Assembly: GCA_963676615.1 (NCBI GenBank)
Contig: OY781092.1
Location: 320,001 to 384,000 of the forward strand
Origin: Candidatus Cloacimonadota bacterium
GTDB lineage: Bacteria > Cloacimonadota > Cloacimonadia > G963667145
Direction of reading: 5' to 3'
Length of the DNA: 64,000 bases
Positions within the stretch are counted from its first letter, which is position 1. The number at the start of each line of letters is the position of its first letter. A program made the position numbers and the translations under genes. A model generated the notes under the pieces. The model saw only the letters and a program-made list of their open reading frames with translations, had not been told where the DNA came from and did no database searches. Shown here piece by piece: positions 9,622-16,788 of the stretch.

Positions 9622-9636
9622 AAAAACGACAAAGCG
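9622..9636 (+). promoter_or_regulatory. Internal copy of the transposase end-type site
   Basis: AAAAACGACAAAGCG identical over 15 bp to 26046-26060. Confidence 0.65.
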
Positions 9637-9731
9637 TTGGAAATTGTCAATCGGTCTTTGAGAGAAATTTTATAGAAGTGAGAGCTAAAGTGAAGAGTTA
9701 GAGTAAGTTAAGGAAAGAATAAAAAAAGGCG

Positions 9732-9788
9732 GAGAGCCGAAGCTACCCCACCCTTATGCGAGTTTGTAAGGTGGCAAAAGCGGCTCTC
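9732..9788. other. Structured RNA element in the early leader
   Basis: GAGAGCCG...CGGCTCTC outer stem enclosing a CCACCCTTAT/GTAAGGTGG inner stem. Confidence 0.5.
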
Positions 9789-9813
9789 TTGTCAAGAAGA
9801 AAGGAGAAAAATT

Positions 9814-10068
9814 ATGATTAAAATAAACATAAAAGGCGTTGTAGAGGCTATTTATAGCAATATGGAGTTGCAGGGGACGAATGGGTTGGTTGTTTGGAGG
9901 AATAACTGTGTGGAGGTTTTGACAGAGAGTGAGGCTGGAGTTTATGACTACGATTTTGTAATTTGTAGTTTTAGTGGTTTGCTGGATTTAGCGGGGAGCA
10001 CGAGAGATGATATAGAGTATATCGTTAAGTTTTTTGAAGGGACAGAGGATTTTAGATTTGTGGATTAA
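9814..10068 (+). CDS. Early hypothetical protein
   Basis: 84 aa, RBS AAGGAG. Confidence 0.65.
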   Translation: MIKINIKGVVEAIYSNMELQGTNGLVVWRNNCVEVLTESEAGVYDYDFVICSFSGLLDLAGSTRDDIEYIVKFFEGTEDFRFVD

Positions 10069-10072
10069 GTGT

Positions 10073-10107
10073 AAAGCAAGCTGGGGCAGTAGTTCCAGCT
10101 TGCTTTT
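10073..10107 (+). terminator. Terminator/attenuator hairpin
   Basis: AAAGCAAGCTGG...CCAGCTTGCTTTT. Confidence 0.7.
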
Positions 10108-10122
10108 GAAAAAGGAGGATTT

Positions 10123-10299
10123 ATGGGAAGATTGATGATGCTTGCGTTACTGCGAGTTTGCGACGAATTAGGGCTGGATTATAGAGAGAGTGAAAACGGT
10201 TGTTTGATAAAGAAACGAGATGCACGCTTGGAGGCGTTTTTAGCTAGAAATGGCTATGATAGTAGCGTTCAAGGTAGGAAGATAAAGGTGTTAATTTAA
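10123..10299 (+). CDS. 58-aa early hypothetical protein
   Basis: Hand-translated MGRLMMLALLRVCDEL...KIKVLI*; RBS AAGGAGG. Confidence 0.65.
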   Translation: MGRLMMLALLRVCDELGLDYRESENGCLIKKRDARLEAFLARNGYDSSVQGRKIKVLI

Positions 10300-10309
10300 G
10301 GAGGGATTT

Positions 10310-10468
10310 ATGAGTAACGATGAAAAAATGGAAGTAATAGAGTCGGCGTTAGAGTGGCTAAACGAGCGCCTGGAGAGCGGGCTGTCGCAAGAAGAGAAGG
10401 GAGCTTTTCACGCATTGTCGTGGATAGTTGACGGCTGTGAGCGTGACTGCTTTCCGTATTTAGACTAG
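10310..10468 (+). CDS. 52-aa early hypothetical protein
   Basis: MSNDEKMEVIESALEW...CFPYLD*; RBS AAGGAGG. Confidence 0.65.
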   Translation: MSNDEKMEVIESALEWLNERLESGLSQEEKGAFHALSWIVDGCERDCFPYLD

Positions 10469-10476
10469 GAGGCGCT

Positions 10477-10587
10477 ATGGTGTATGTGTGCGAGTGCGAA
10501 GAGTGCGGCGGAGTGTTTTTTGATCCGTCGCTGGTGTATTGCCCGAATTGCGGCGGCTATTTGTGGCAGGAGGTGATGGATGCGTAA
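10477..10587 (+). CDS. 36-aa zinc-ribbon microprotein
   Basis: MVYVCECEECGGVFFDPSLVYCPNCGGYLWQEVMDA*; RBS AGGAGG; CxxC...CxxC. Confidence 0.65.
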   Translation: MVYVCECEECGGVFFDPSLVYCPNCGGYLWQEVMDA

Positions 10588-11329
10588 GTTTAAGCCGCCT
10601 AGCGTAGAGGAGGTGGAGAGGGCTTGCGAGCAGGCGCCAGAGTGGACTTGTCCTGTTTGTGGGGCGAAAATCAAGCGTCTGCCGTCTCCACGCTGGGCGA
10701 TGCGCGGTGGCAGCTTGAGTTATTTGCTAGGGCGATGCGAGGCTTGCGAGGCGAAAAAAAAGGCTTTGGAGGAAAGACAGAGGCAGAAATTGCAGGCGCA
10801 GGAGTTGATTAGGGCGTCGAGTTTGCCGAGTCGGTTTGTGGCAGAAGCGGACTTGAAGATAACGGATGCGGATTTGTTTGCGAAGTTGGATGCTCTGGAG
10901 GTGGACAAGCGCTGGGTGTATTTGTGGGGCGCAAACAGCACGGGCAAAAGCACACAGATTGGGCGAACAATAAGGCGGCTGGTGCGCAAGGGCGTGGCTT
11001 GTTACTACATCAACGAGGTGGATTTTTTTGGGGCGATAAAGGCAAGCTGGGACAAGGCTGGCGAGAGTCAAAACGATTTGTTGAGCAAGGTTAAGTCGGC
11101 GCAGGTGCTGTTTTGGGACGAGTTTTGCTGGTATGATAACCGCAGTGGCTGGCGAGCGGATATTGTGTATAACATTTTGGAGAATTTTGAGACGCACGAC
11201 AAGCTGGTGGTTTTTGCGGGCAGGACGCAGGATAAGCAGCTGCCGAGCAAGCTGAATTTGGATCATTTGCATCGGCTGAAACGCAAGCGGTTGAGATGTT
11301 TGCGGCTGATAAACAAGCCGTTTTTTTAG
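10580..11329 (+). CDS. DnaC/IstB-like AAA+ ATPase (helicase-loader-like)
   Basis: N-terminal CPVC...CEAC, SSLPSRF, Walker A GANSTGKS, Walker B VLFWDE. Confidence 0.75.
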   Translation: MRKFKPPSVEEVERACEQAPEWTCPVCGAKIKRLPSPRWAMRGGSLSYLLGRCEACEAKKKALEERQRQKLQAQELIRASSLPSRFVAEADLKITDADLFAKLDALEVDKRWVYLWGANSTGKSTQIGRTIRRLVRKGVACYYINEVDFFGAIKASWDKAGESQNDLLSKVKSAQVLFWDEFCWYDNRSGWRADIVYNILENFETHDKLVVFAGRTQDKQLPSKLNLDHLHRLKRKRLRCLRLINKPFF

Positions 11330-11346
11330 CGAAAAAAGGAGGTAAA

Positions 11347-11490
11347 ATGCTTTATGTTGTGTGGGTTGCAACTGTGTTGGCGTTGTTGCGGGAGGTGAAC
11401 TATTACAGAAAGCGATACAAGGATGTTTACAATTTGTGGAAAGCGGAACAAGCGAAAAGGAGGGTTTGTGAGCGCGAGAGAAGAGGTTAA
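11347..11490 (+). CDS. 47-aa protein with N-terminal hydrophobic segment
   Basis: ATG after AGGAGG; MLYVVWVATVLALL. Confidence 0.55.
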   Translation: MLYVVWVATVLALLREVNYYRKRYKDVYNLWKAEQAKRRVCERERRG

Positions 11491-11683
11491 AAGGACGATA
11501 AAGGCTTATGCGACGCTGGTTTACGGCAATGTATCGAAGATGAGCAGGGCACTTGGGCTAAACTCGAGGACGGTTTACTGTTTGCTGCAGGGGAGTCCGA
11601 CGCTGTGGCGGCTGCGGGAGAAAATAGCGGACGATATGCAGAGCAAGGGCTACAAGGAGTTTGCGGAAGTTTTGAGGAGCTAG
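11468..11683 (+). CDS. Ner/Cro-like small HTH protein
   Basis: VSKMSRALGLNSRTVYCLL HTH; directly before the transposase; GTG start chosen. Confidence 0.6.
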   Translation: MSAREEVKRTIKAYATLVYGNVSKMSRALGLNSRTVYCLLQGSPTLWRLREKIADDMQSKGYKEFAEVLRS

Positions 11684-11685
11684 CT

Positions 11686-13755
11686 ATGGCGTGGATGACG
11701 ACGAAAGAGGCAGGCGTTTTAAAAGGGGTTAGTGCTCGAACCGTTCGAAGATGGGCTAAAGAGGGTAAGATTGAAAGCAAGACTATTCTTGAGACAGTCA
11801 AAAACAACAAAAAAATCTCTGTTTTATATGTCAAAATTGAAGCTGAAAATCGGAGGACAAAAACTGAAAAATGTCCCACGATAACGCCTCAAAAATCGGG
11901 GGACAAAATCGGAGGACAAAAAAATCGGGGGACAGCATCGGGGGACACAAAAAAACTGGCAGAACTAGACGACAAAGTGCTGGCAAAATGTCCGACGGTG
12001 TCGCACGGTTCGCACGCAGAGGACGAGCTGAGCGAAAATTACAAAATAGTGGCGCAGGAACGAGGCAAATTGTGCGAAAAGGCGCTGAAGCTGGCGGGGG
12101 AAAAGGGCAAGATTGAGGCGTATGGTTTGATTGTGGAGCTGTATAATCGGGGAATGCTGGGCGATGAGCTGAAGCGGCACGATAGGCGCAATGCGACGAT
12201 TACGGTGCGGACTTTTCAGCGCTGGATGGCGAAGTATATGCAGCATGACAGGGATTGTTTTGCGCTAGCTCCCGAATATGCGGTGTCTCGAAGCTCTTTT
12301 GAGAATGTGAGCGAGGACGAAAAGGCTTTTTTGCTGCGGCATTATCTAAAAGACACTAAGCCTGCAAAACAGTCGGTTATTCGTCTGCTGAAGCATATGG
12401 CGACGATCAACAAGGCGATAGATACGCCCAGCTCGGCGAGCACTTTGCGGCGATTTTTGGAAGATTATGAGCGAAAAAATCCGCATATAGCGGCTCTGGC
12501 GCGTGATGGTATGAAGCGGTTTAGCGACAAGTTTGTTCGCAGTATCGAGCGGGATATTGATCTGCTGAATGTGGGCGATGTGTTTGTGGCTGACGGTAAT
12601 GTGCTAAACTTTTCGATAGTGGAGCCACGCACGGGCAAAACTCGGCGGATGTTGTTTATTGCGATAATGGATATGCGCTCGCGGGCGATTGTGGGCGGTG
12701 CGATTGCGCCGACCGAGAACACGCTGAATATTATGAATGCGTGGCGGAACTCGTTTTTGAACTGGGGGCTGCCTCGGGCGATTTATCAAGACAACGGCAA
12801 GGCGTTCAAGAGCAGATACTTTGTGAGTTACAAAAACAAGAACTTGCCCGATTTGGCGGAGGAGTTTGGGGGGCTATTTGCGAGGCTAGGCATCGAAGAG
12901 CATTTTGCGACGCCATATAACGCAAAGGCGAAGCCGATCGAGCGCTGGTTCAAGACTTTTAACGACGGGTTTGAGAGGTTTTTGGATTGCTACACGGGTG
13001 CGTCGATTGCGGATAAGCCTGCTCGATACAGCAGGAACGAGAAATTTTTGCAGAAACTGAATAGCAGCACGCCGTTGACGCTCGAAGAGGCGCAGGCGCT
13101 GATGACGAATTACATTGCAAATTTCTATCACAAACAGGCGCACGCTGGACTCGGCGGCAAGACTCCGCTGCAGATGTTGAAGGAAAATCCGTGTCCCGCA
13201 GATCGCAAAATTGAGGCGGAGCGGCTGGATTATATGCTCTTAAAGGCAGAAGCGGTGCGGGTTAGCAAGCAGGGTGTGAAGTTGCAGGGGTTGCAGTATT
13301 GGCACGACGATTTGGCGATGTTGGTCGGGCAGCAGGTGATGATCAAATACGATTTGGTCGATATCGGCTGGGTGCGAGTTTACACGATGCAGGGCAAGCG
13401 AGTTTGCACGGCGTATCGGACAAAAGGGATGCATCCGATGCTGAGTTTGCTGCCAGAGGCGAAGCAAATTGAAACGCGCGAAGAGTTGAACGCTGCTATC
13501 AAAAAACAGCGAAAAGTCGAAAAAGACGCCAAAATTGCGCTTAAAAATCTGCAAGAGACTACAGAGACTATTGATGCAAAAATTGCGCTAAATACGCCGC
13601 TTATCGAGGGCGAAGAAAACGGGATGTTTGAAAATGAGCGGAAGCGCTTGGCGAAGCCGAAGAGTTGGGAGGAAAAAACGCAGGAAATTGAGTGCGAGAC
13701 ACACGAAGAAATTGAGGACGAGGGGAAAGTGCGCTGGGAAGAGGTCGGAATTTGA
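11686..13755 (+). CDS. MuA-like DDE transposase
   Basis: N-terminal HTH (TKEAG...VSARTVRRW), VADG, YQDNGKAF, AKPIERWF, Mu-transposase C-terminus; start moved to the ATG after GAGGAG. Confidence 0.93.
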   Translation: MAWMTTKEAGVLKGVSARTVRRWAKEGKIESKTILETVKNNKKISVLYVKIEAENRRTKTEKCPTITPQKSGDKIGGQKNRGTASGDTKKLAELDDKVLAKCPTVSHGSHAEDELSENYKIVAQERGKLCEKALKLAGEKGKIEAYGLIVELYNRGMLGDELKRHDRRNATITVRTFQRWMAKYMQHDRDCFALAPEYAVSRSSFENVSEDEKAFLLRHYLKDTKPAKQSVIRLLKHMATINKAIDTPSSASTLRRFLEDYERKNPHIAALARDGMKRFSDKFVRSIERDIDLLNVGDVFVADGNVLNFSIVEPRTGKTRRMLFIAIMDMRSRAIVGGAIAPTENTLNIMNAWRNSFLNWGLPRAIYQDNGKAFKSRYFVSYKNKNLPDLAEEFGGLFARLGIEEHFATPYNAKAKPIERWFKTFNDGFERFLDCYTGASIADKPARYSRNEKFLQKLNSSTPLTLEEAQALMTNYIANFYHKQAHAGLGGKTPLQMLKENPCPADRKIEAERLDYMLLKAEAVRVSKQGVKLQGLQYWHDDLAMLVGQQVMIKYDLVDIGWVRVYTMQGKRVCTAYRTKGMHPMLSLLPEAKQIETREELNAAIKKQRKVEKDAKIALKNLQETTETIDAKIALNTPLIEGEENGMFENERKRLAKPKSWEEKTQEIECETHEEIEDEGKVRWEEVGI
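11849..11947 (+). repeat. Five direct 11-bp repeats ATCGGRGGACA plus an inverted copy within the transposase gene
   Basis: Copies start at 11849, 11895, 11908, 11924 and 11937; inverted ATCGTGGGACA at 11872-11882. Confidence 0.9.
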
Positions 13756-13770
13756 TATCTAGGAGGTAAA

Positions 13771-14478
13771 ATGGTATCGAATAAATTGGTAAAAACGAAA
13801 AACATAGCGAAAGCGGAGCGCTGTTTGGGTTATTTGCTCGGGCGTCCGCGGTCGGAGATGGTCGGGCTTGGACTGATATATGGAGCGCCTGGCTTGGGCA
13901 AGACGCGCTGGGCGCAAAAGACGGCGCTGGCGAACAATTACATTTATTTGAAGCTGCAGTCGACCAGCTCGGGCAAGAATTTTTGTGTGAAGTTGTTGGA
14001 ACGGCTGGATTTTTATTTGCAGTTGGGTGGTGTAAACTTGCGAGGACAGACAGGGACGCTGTTTGCACGGATTGTGGATGTGCTAAACAAACATCCCGAG
14101 GCGGTAATCGTGATCGACGAGGTCGATTACGCTTTTGGCAATAGTAGGCTGCTGGGGCTGATACGCGATATGGTGGATGAGAGTTTTGCGACGGTGTTGC
14201 TGGTCGGGATGCAGGACGCTAAACGGGCACTTCTGCGGGCAAATGCACATTACTTCGATCGATGCAACTATTTTTGCGAGTTTGAGAGTCTAGGCAAAGA
14301 CGATGTGAAGCGGGTGTTGTCGGAGGTTTGCGAGGTTGAGCTGGATGCGGCGGCGATGAACATTGTGCATAAGCAAACAGGCGGAACGCTGCGGAAGCTG
14401 GTTAAGGCGGTGTATTTGTGTGAAAATATCGCAAAGCAAGGCAAACTGGAGCTGATAACAGCAAAGGAGCTGTCGTGA
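13771..14478 (+). CDS. MuB-like transposition AAA ATPase
   Basis: GAPGLGKT, IVIDEVD, VLLVGM, GGTLRKLV; follows the transposase. Confidence 0.9.
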   Translation: MVSNKLVKTKNIAKAERCLGYLLGRPRSEMVGLGLIYGAPGLGKTRWAQKTALANNYIYLKLQSTSSGKNFCVKLLERLDFYLQLGGVNLRGQTGTLFARIVDVLNKHPEAVIVIDEVDYAFGNSRLLGLIRDMVDESFATVLLVGMQDAKRALLRANAHYFDRCNYFCEFESLGKDDVKRVLSEVCEVELDAAAMNIVHKQTGGTLRKLVKAVYLCENIAKQGKLELITAKELS

Positions 14479-14873
14479 GAGGCAAAAAGGGGCAAATTTT
14501 GAAGTTTGTGAGTTACTACGCTGAGCGACCTGTGTGCTACAAGGAGGTGGCAGATATTACGGGGATAGATACGAAGACGGTGCAAAATTATCTGTCGCTG
14601 TTGCACAAGCAGGGGTTTTTGCGGATAGCATTTTCGCAGAGAGGGAGAGCGTTTTTTGCAAGGACAGAAAAAGAGTGCATCGACGAGCGGATGCAATCGA
14701 AATTGGGCAAAGAAAAAGAGGTGCTGCGGGCGATTGGGCGAAAGACGATGATGTTTGCGGCGATAAATGCACGGGTTATGCAATGCAGGAGTTGCTTGGA
14801 GCAGACGGTGTCGCGGATGGTGGCTAAGGGGTCGTTGCGGCGGATAAAAAGGGGGTGTTATGTGCGAGTCTGA
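14475..14873 (+). CDS. Winged-helix DNA-binding protein
   Basis: KEVADITGIDTKTVQNYLSLLHKQGFL. Confidence 0.6.
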   Translation: MRGKKGQILKFVSYYAERPVCYKEVADITGIDTKTVQNYLSLLHKQGFLRIAFSQRGRAFFARTEKECIDERMQSKLGKEKEVLRAIGRKTMMFAAINARVMQCRSCLEQTVSRMVAKGSLRRIKRGCYVRV

Positions 14874-15270
14874 GGCTAAAAAGACACGGCAAAGAATAAT
14901 GGCGATGGCAAGCAGGCTGGGCTGGGACAGCGAGACGGCGCACGAGTTGTTTGCCGCGTGGGGCTATGGCTGCAGTTTGCGGAAGCTGGGTCTGCCGAAG
15001 TTGCGTGAGCTGAGCAGCATAATTGGGAGACGATTGATGAACAATAGGCGAAAGTTGACATTACGGCGAGGCGAAGAGGCACAAAGTTTGCGCAGGCAGA
15101 TTTTTTGGACTAAAGCACAATTTGAGAAGTTGCTGCAGTTAAAGTTCGACAAAAGTGTTTGGGGGGAGCTGAGCGAAAAGCAGCAAAAGATGGTGCTGGC
15201 AATTTTGAGGAATTACAGGCGCAAGCGAGATGATATTACGCAGGCGATAGGGGGCAAAGATGCAAGCTAG
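14860..15270 (+). CDS. GemA/DUF1018-like protein
   Basis: RIMAMASRLGWD...SLRKL pattern and Mu semi-essential-region position. Confidence 0.55.
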   Translation: MCESEAKKTRQRIMAMASRLGWDSETAHELFAAWGYGCSLRKLGLPKLRELSSIIGRRLMNNRRKLTLRRGEEAQSLRRQIFWTKAQFEKLLQLKFDKSVWGELSEKQQKMVLAILRNYRRKRDDITQAIGGKDAS

Positions 15271-15442
15271 GGAAGCAGAAGTTGTGTTTAAATGCAAGTA
15301 TCAAGCGCCGAATGGCGGATTTGTGATCGGGCATTTGACAGAAAAAGAGATGATAGCGATAAGCAACAGCGGGCGTTATATCGCGCTGTATGTTGGGCAA
15401 AAATTGCCGAAGAGAAAAAGGAAAACTGGAGGTGAAAAATGA
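15260..15442 (+). CDS. Hypothetical protein
   Basis: 60 aa, overlapping both neighbours. Confidence 0.5.
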   Translation: MQAREAEVVFKCKYQAPNGGFVIGHLTEKEMIAISNSGRYIALYVGQKLPKRKRKTGGEK

Positions 15443-16020
15443 AATATATAAACGATAAAGGCAGAGAAGTGGCAAGTAGGTTAGTCAGTTCTGATGATAA
15501 AAAGCGGGATAGACTAGTCAATAAACTGCTGGCAAGGGCAGGCAAACTTTCGCGGACGATTGCGAAAGAAAAAGAGGTTTTTCGCGCAGATTTGGTGAAA
15601 TATTTGGATGCTGTGGCGGCGAAATACGGCGAGAACTGGCGCGGAAATGCGACGCTGTATAACTACGCAAAGACGAAGCTGGTAAAGATTTGCGTGTCGG
15701 ATACGATCACTTTTGATGAGAAGCTGTCGATAGCGAAGCAAAAAATCGACGAATATATTAAGCAGATTACGCAGGGCTCGAAGCCTGAGATTGTTGCTCT
15801 GGTTGATGCGGCGTTTCAAGTTGACAAGAAAAGATCGGTCGATCCTAAGCAGATTTTTCGTTTGCGGCAGGCGAAGATCAAGGATACGAGGTGGCAGGAG
15901 GCGATGGAGATTATCGCGGATAGTGTGCAGATTATAAGCACAAAGTCGTATTTGAATTTTCGCGAGCGCGAGCTGGGGGGCAAGTGGAAGACTGTGCCGC
16001 TGAATTTTAGCGAGGTGTAA
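15439..16020 (+). CDS. DUF3164-family protein of Mu-like phages
   Basis: ITFDEKLSIAKQKIDEYI...AFQVDK...WQEAMEIIADS...KSYLNFRER...VPLNF. Confidence 0.8.
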   Translation: MKYINDKGREVASRLVSSDDKKRDRLVNKLLARAGKLSRTIAKEKEVFRADLVKYLDAVAAKYGENWRGNATLYNYAKTKLVKICVSDTITFDEKLSIAKQKIDEYIKQITQGSKPEIVALVDAAFQVDKKRSVDPKQIFRLRQAKIKDTRWQEAMEIIADSVQIISTKSYLNFRERELGGKWKTVPLNFSEV

Positions 16021-16023
16021 AAA

Positions 16024-16227
16024 ATGGGGATGTTCGAGCAGGACAGGAGCTACTATTTGCGGAGTGTGAGCGCAAAGCTGAACTGGAGCGAGCGGACGCT
16101 GCGCAGGGCTATCGATTGTGGCGAGATTAAGGCTTTTCGCAGGCGAGCAGGAGCGCCGTTGCAGGTTAGAGGCGAGGAGCTGAATAGATATATCTCGACG
16201 CTGGAGGATGAGGAGGTGAATAGATGA
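16024..16227 (+). CDS. Excisionase-like HTH protein (candidate late regulator)
   Basis: VSAKLNWSERTLRRAIDCGEIKAFR. Confidence 0.7.
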   Translation: MGMFEQDRSYYLRSVSAKLNWSERTLRRAIDCGEIKAFRRRAGAPLQVRGEELNRYISTLEDEEVNR

Positions 16228-16409
16228 ACTGTAAAGCTGGCGCTATTGTTGAGTTTATATTGTTAGGTAAAAAGATTAAGGCGACTTCTCTTGGGATTAT
16301 TTCAGATCCTTTGCATAAGCATGAAGACAAGGTTAAGGTAAGAGTTTTAGGTGGAGAATATGGGATACCTGTGAGTGAAATTCTTTCAGTTGAGAAGGCA
16401 GATAAATGA
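16224..16409 (+). CDS. Hypothetical protein
   Basis: 61 aa, ATGA-coupled. Confidence 0.55.
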   Translation: MNCKAGAIVEFILLGKKIKATSLGIISDPLHKHEDKVKVRVLGGEYGIPVSEILSVEKADK

Positions 16410-16669
16410 CTGCGCTTGATTTTTATAAATTTATATTTAAAAATAGAATTGAATATCATTGGGCGGATAATGCTGAGGAAAAAGATGTTGTCTTTTTCGT
16501 CTCTTTTGATGAGGCAAAGGAGCTAAACAAATTGTTAGATGCGTCTATTCTTGATGAATCTGGCATTGAATGTCACATGAAAAATGGATACTTAGCGTTT
16601 TGGGCAGATGAAATCCTTAGCCATTACGGAATTGAGCTGAAAGATATTTTTGAGGAGGATGATGAGTAG
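16406..16669 (+). CDS. Hypothetical protein
   Basis: 87 aa, acidic, ATGA-coupled. Confidence 0.6.
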   Translation: MTALDFYKFIFKNRIEYHWADNAEEKDVVFFVSFDEAKELNKLLDASILDESGIECHMKNGYLAFWADEILSHYGIELKDIFEEDDE

Positions 16670-16693
16670 GTAGTTTTAGTAAAATGCGAGATA

Positions 16694-16721
16694 AGCTCTC
16701 CCGAAAGGGAGGGCTTTTTTT
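16694..16721 (+). terminator. Rho-independent terminator ending the early operon
   Basis: AGCTCTCCC-GAAA-GGGAGGGCT then a T-run. Confidence 0.85.
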
Positions 16722-16733
16722 ATGCGAAAAAAT

Positions 16734-16760
16734 GACACGAGCGGACACGAGAGCTTGCCA
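16734..16760 (+). promoter_or_regulatory. Candidate activator-dependent late promoter
   Basis: GACACGAG x2 at 10-bp period, followed by TTGCCA. Confidence 0.4.
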
Positions 16761-16788
16761 GCGGCGGATTGGCTGGTTGTGTGTAGGT

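Noticed and set aside
11849..11947. CRISPR-like array
   Set aside because: Repeats are 11 bp with 2-35 bp irregular gaps inside a CDS; no cas genes.
16684..16788. Extended N-terminus of the terminase in the ORF track (similarly 11605-11685 for the transposase)
   Set aside because: Runs through a terminator or the upstream gene; downstream ATGs fit better.
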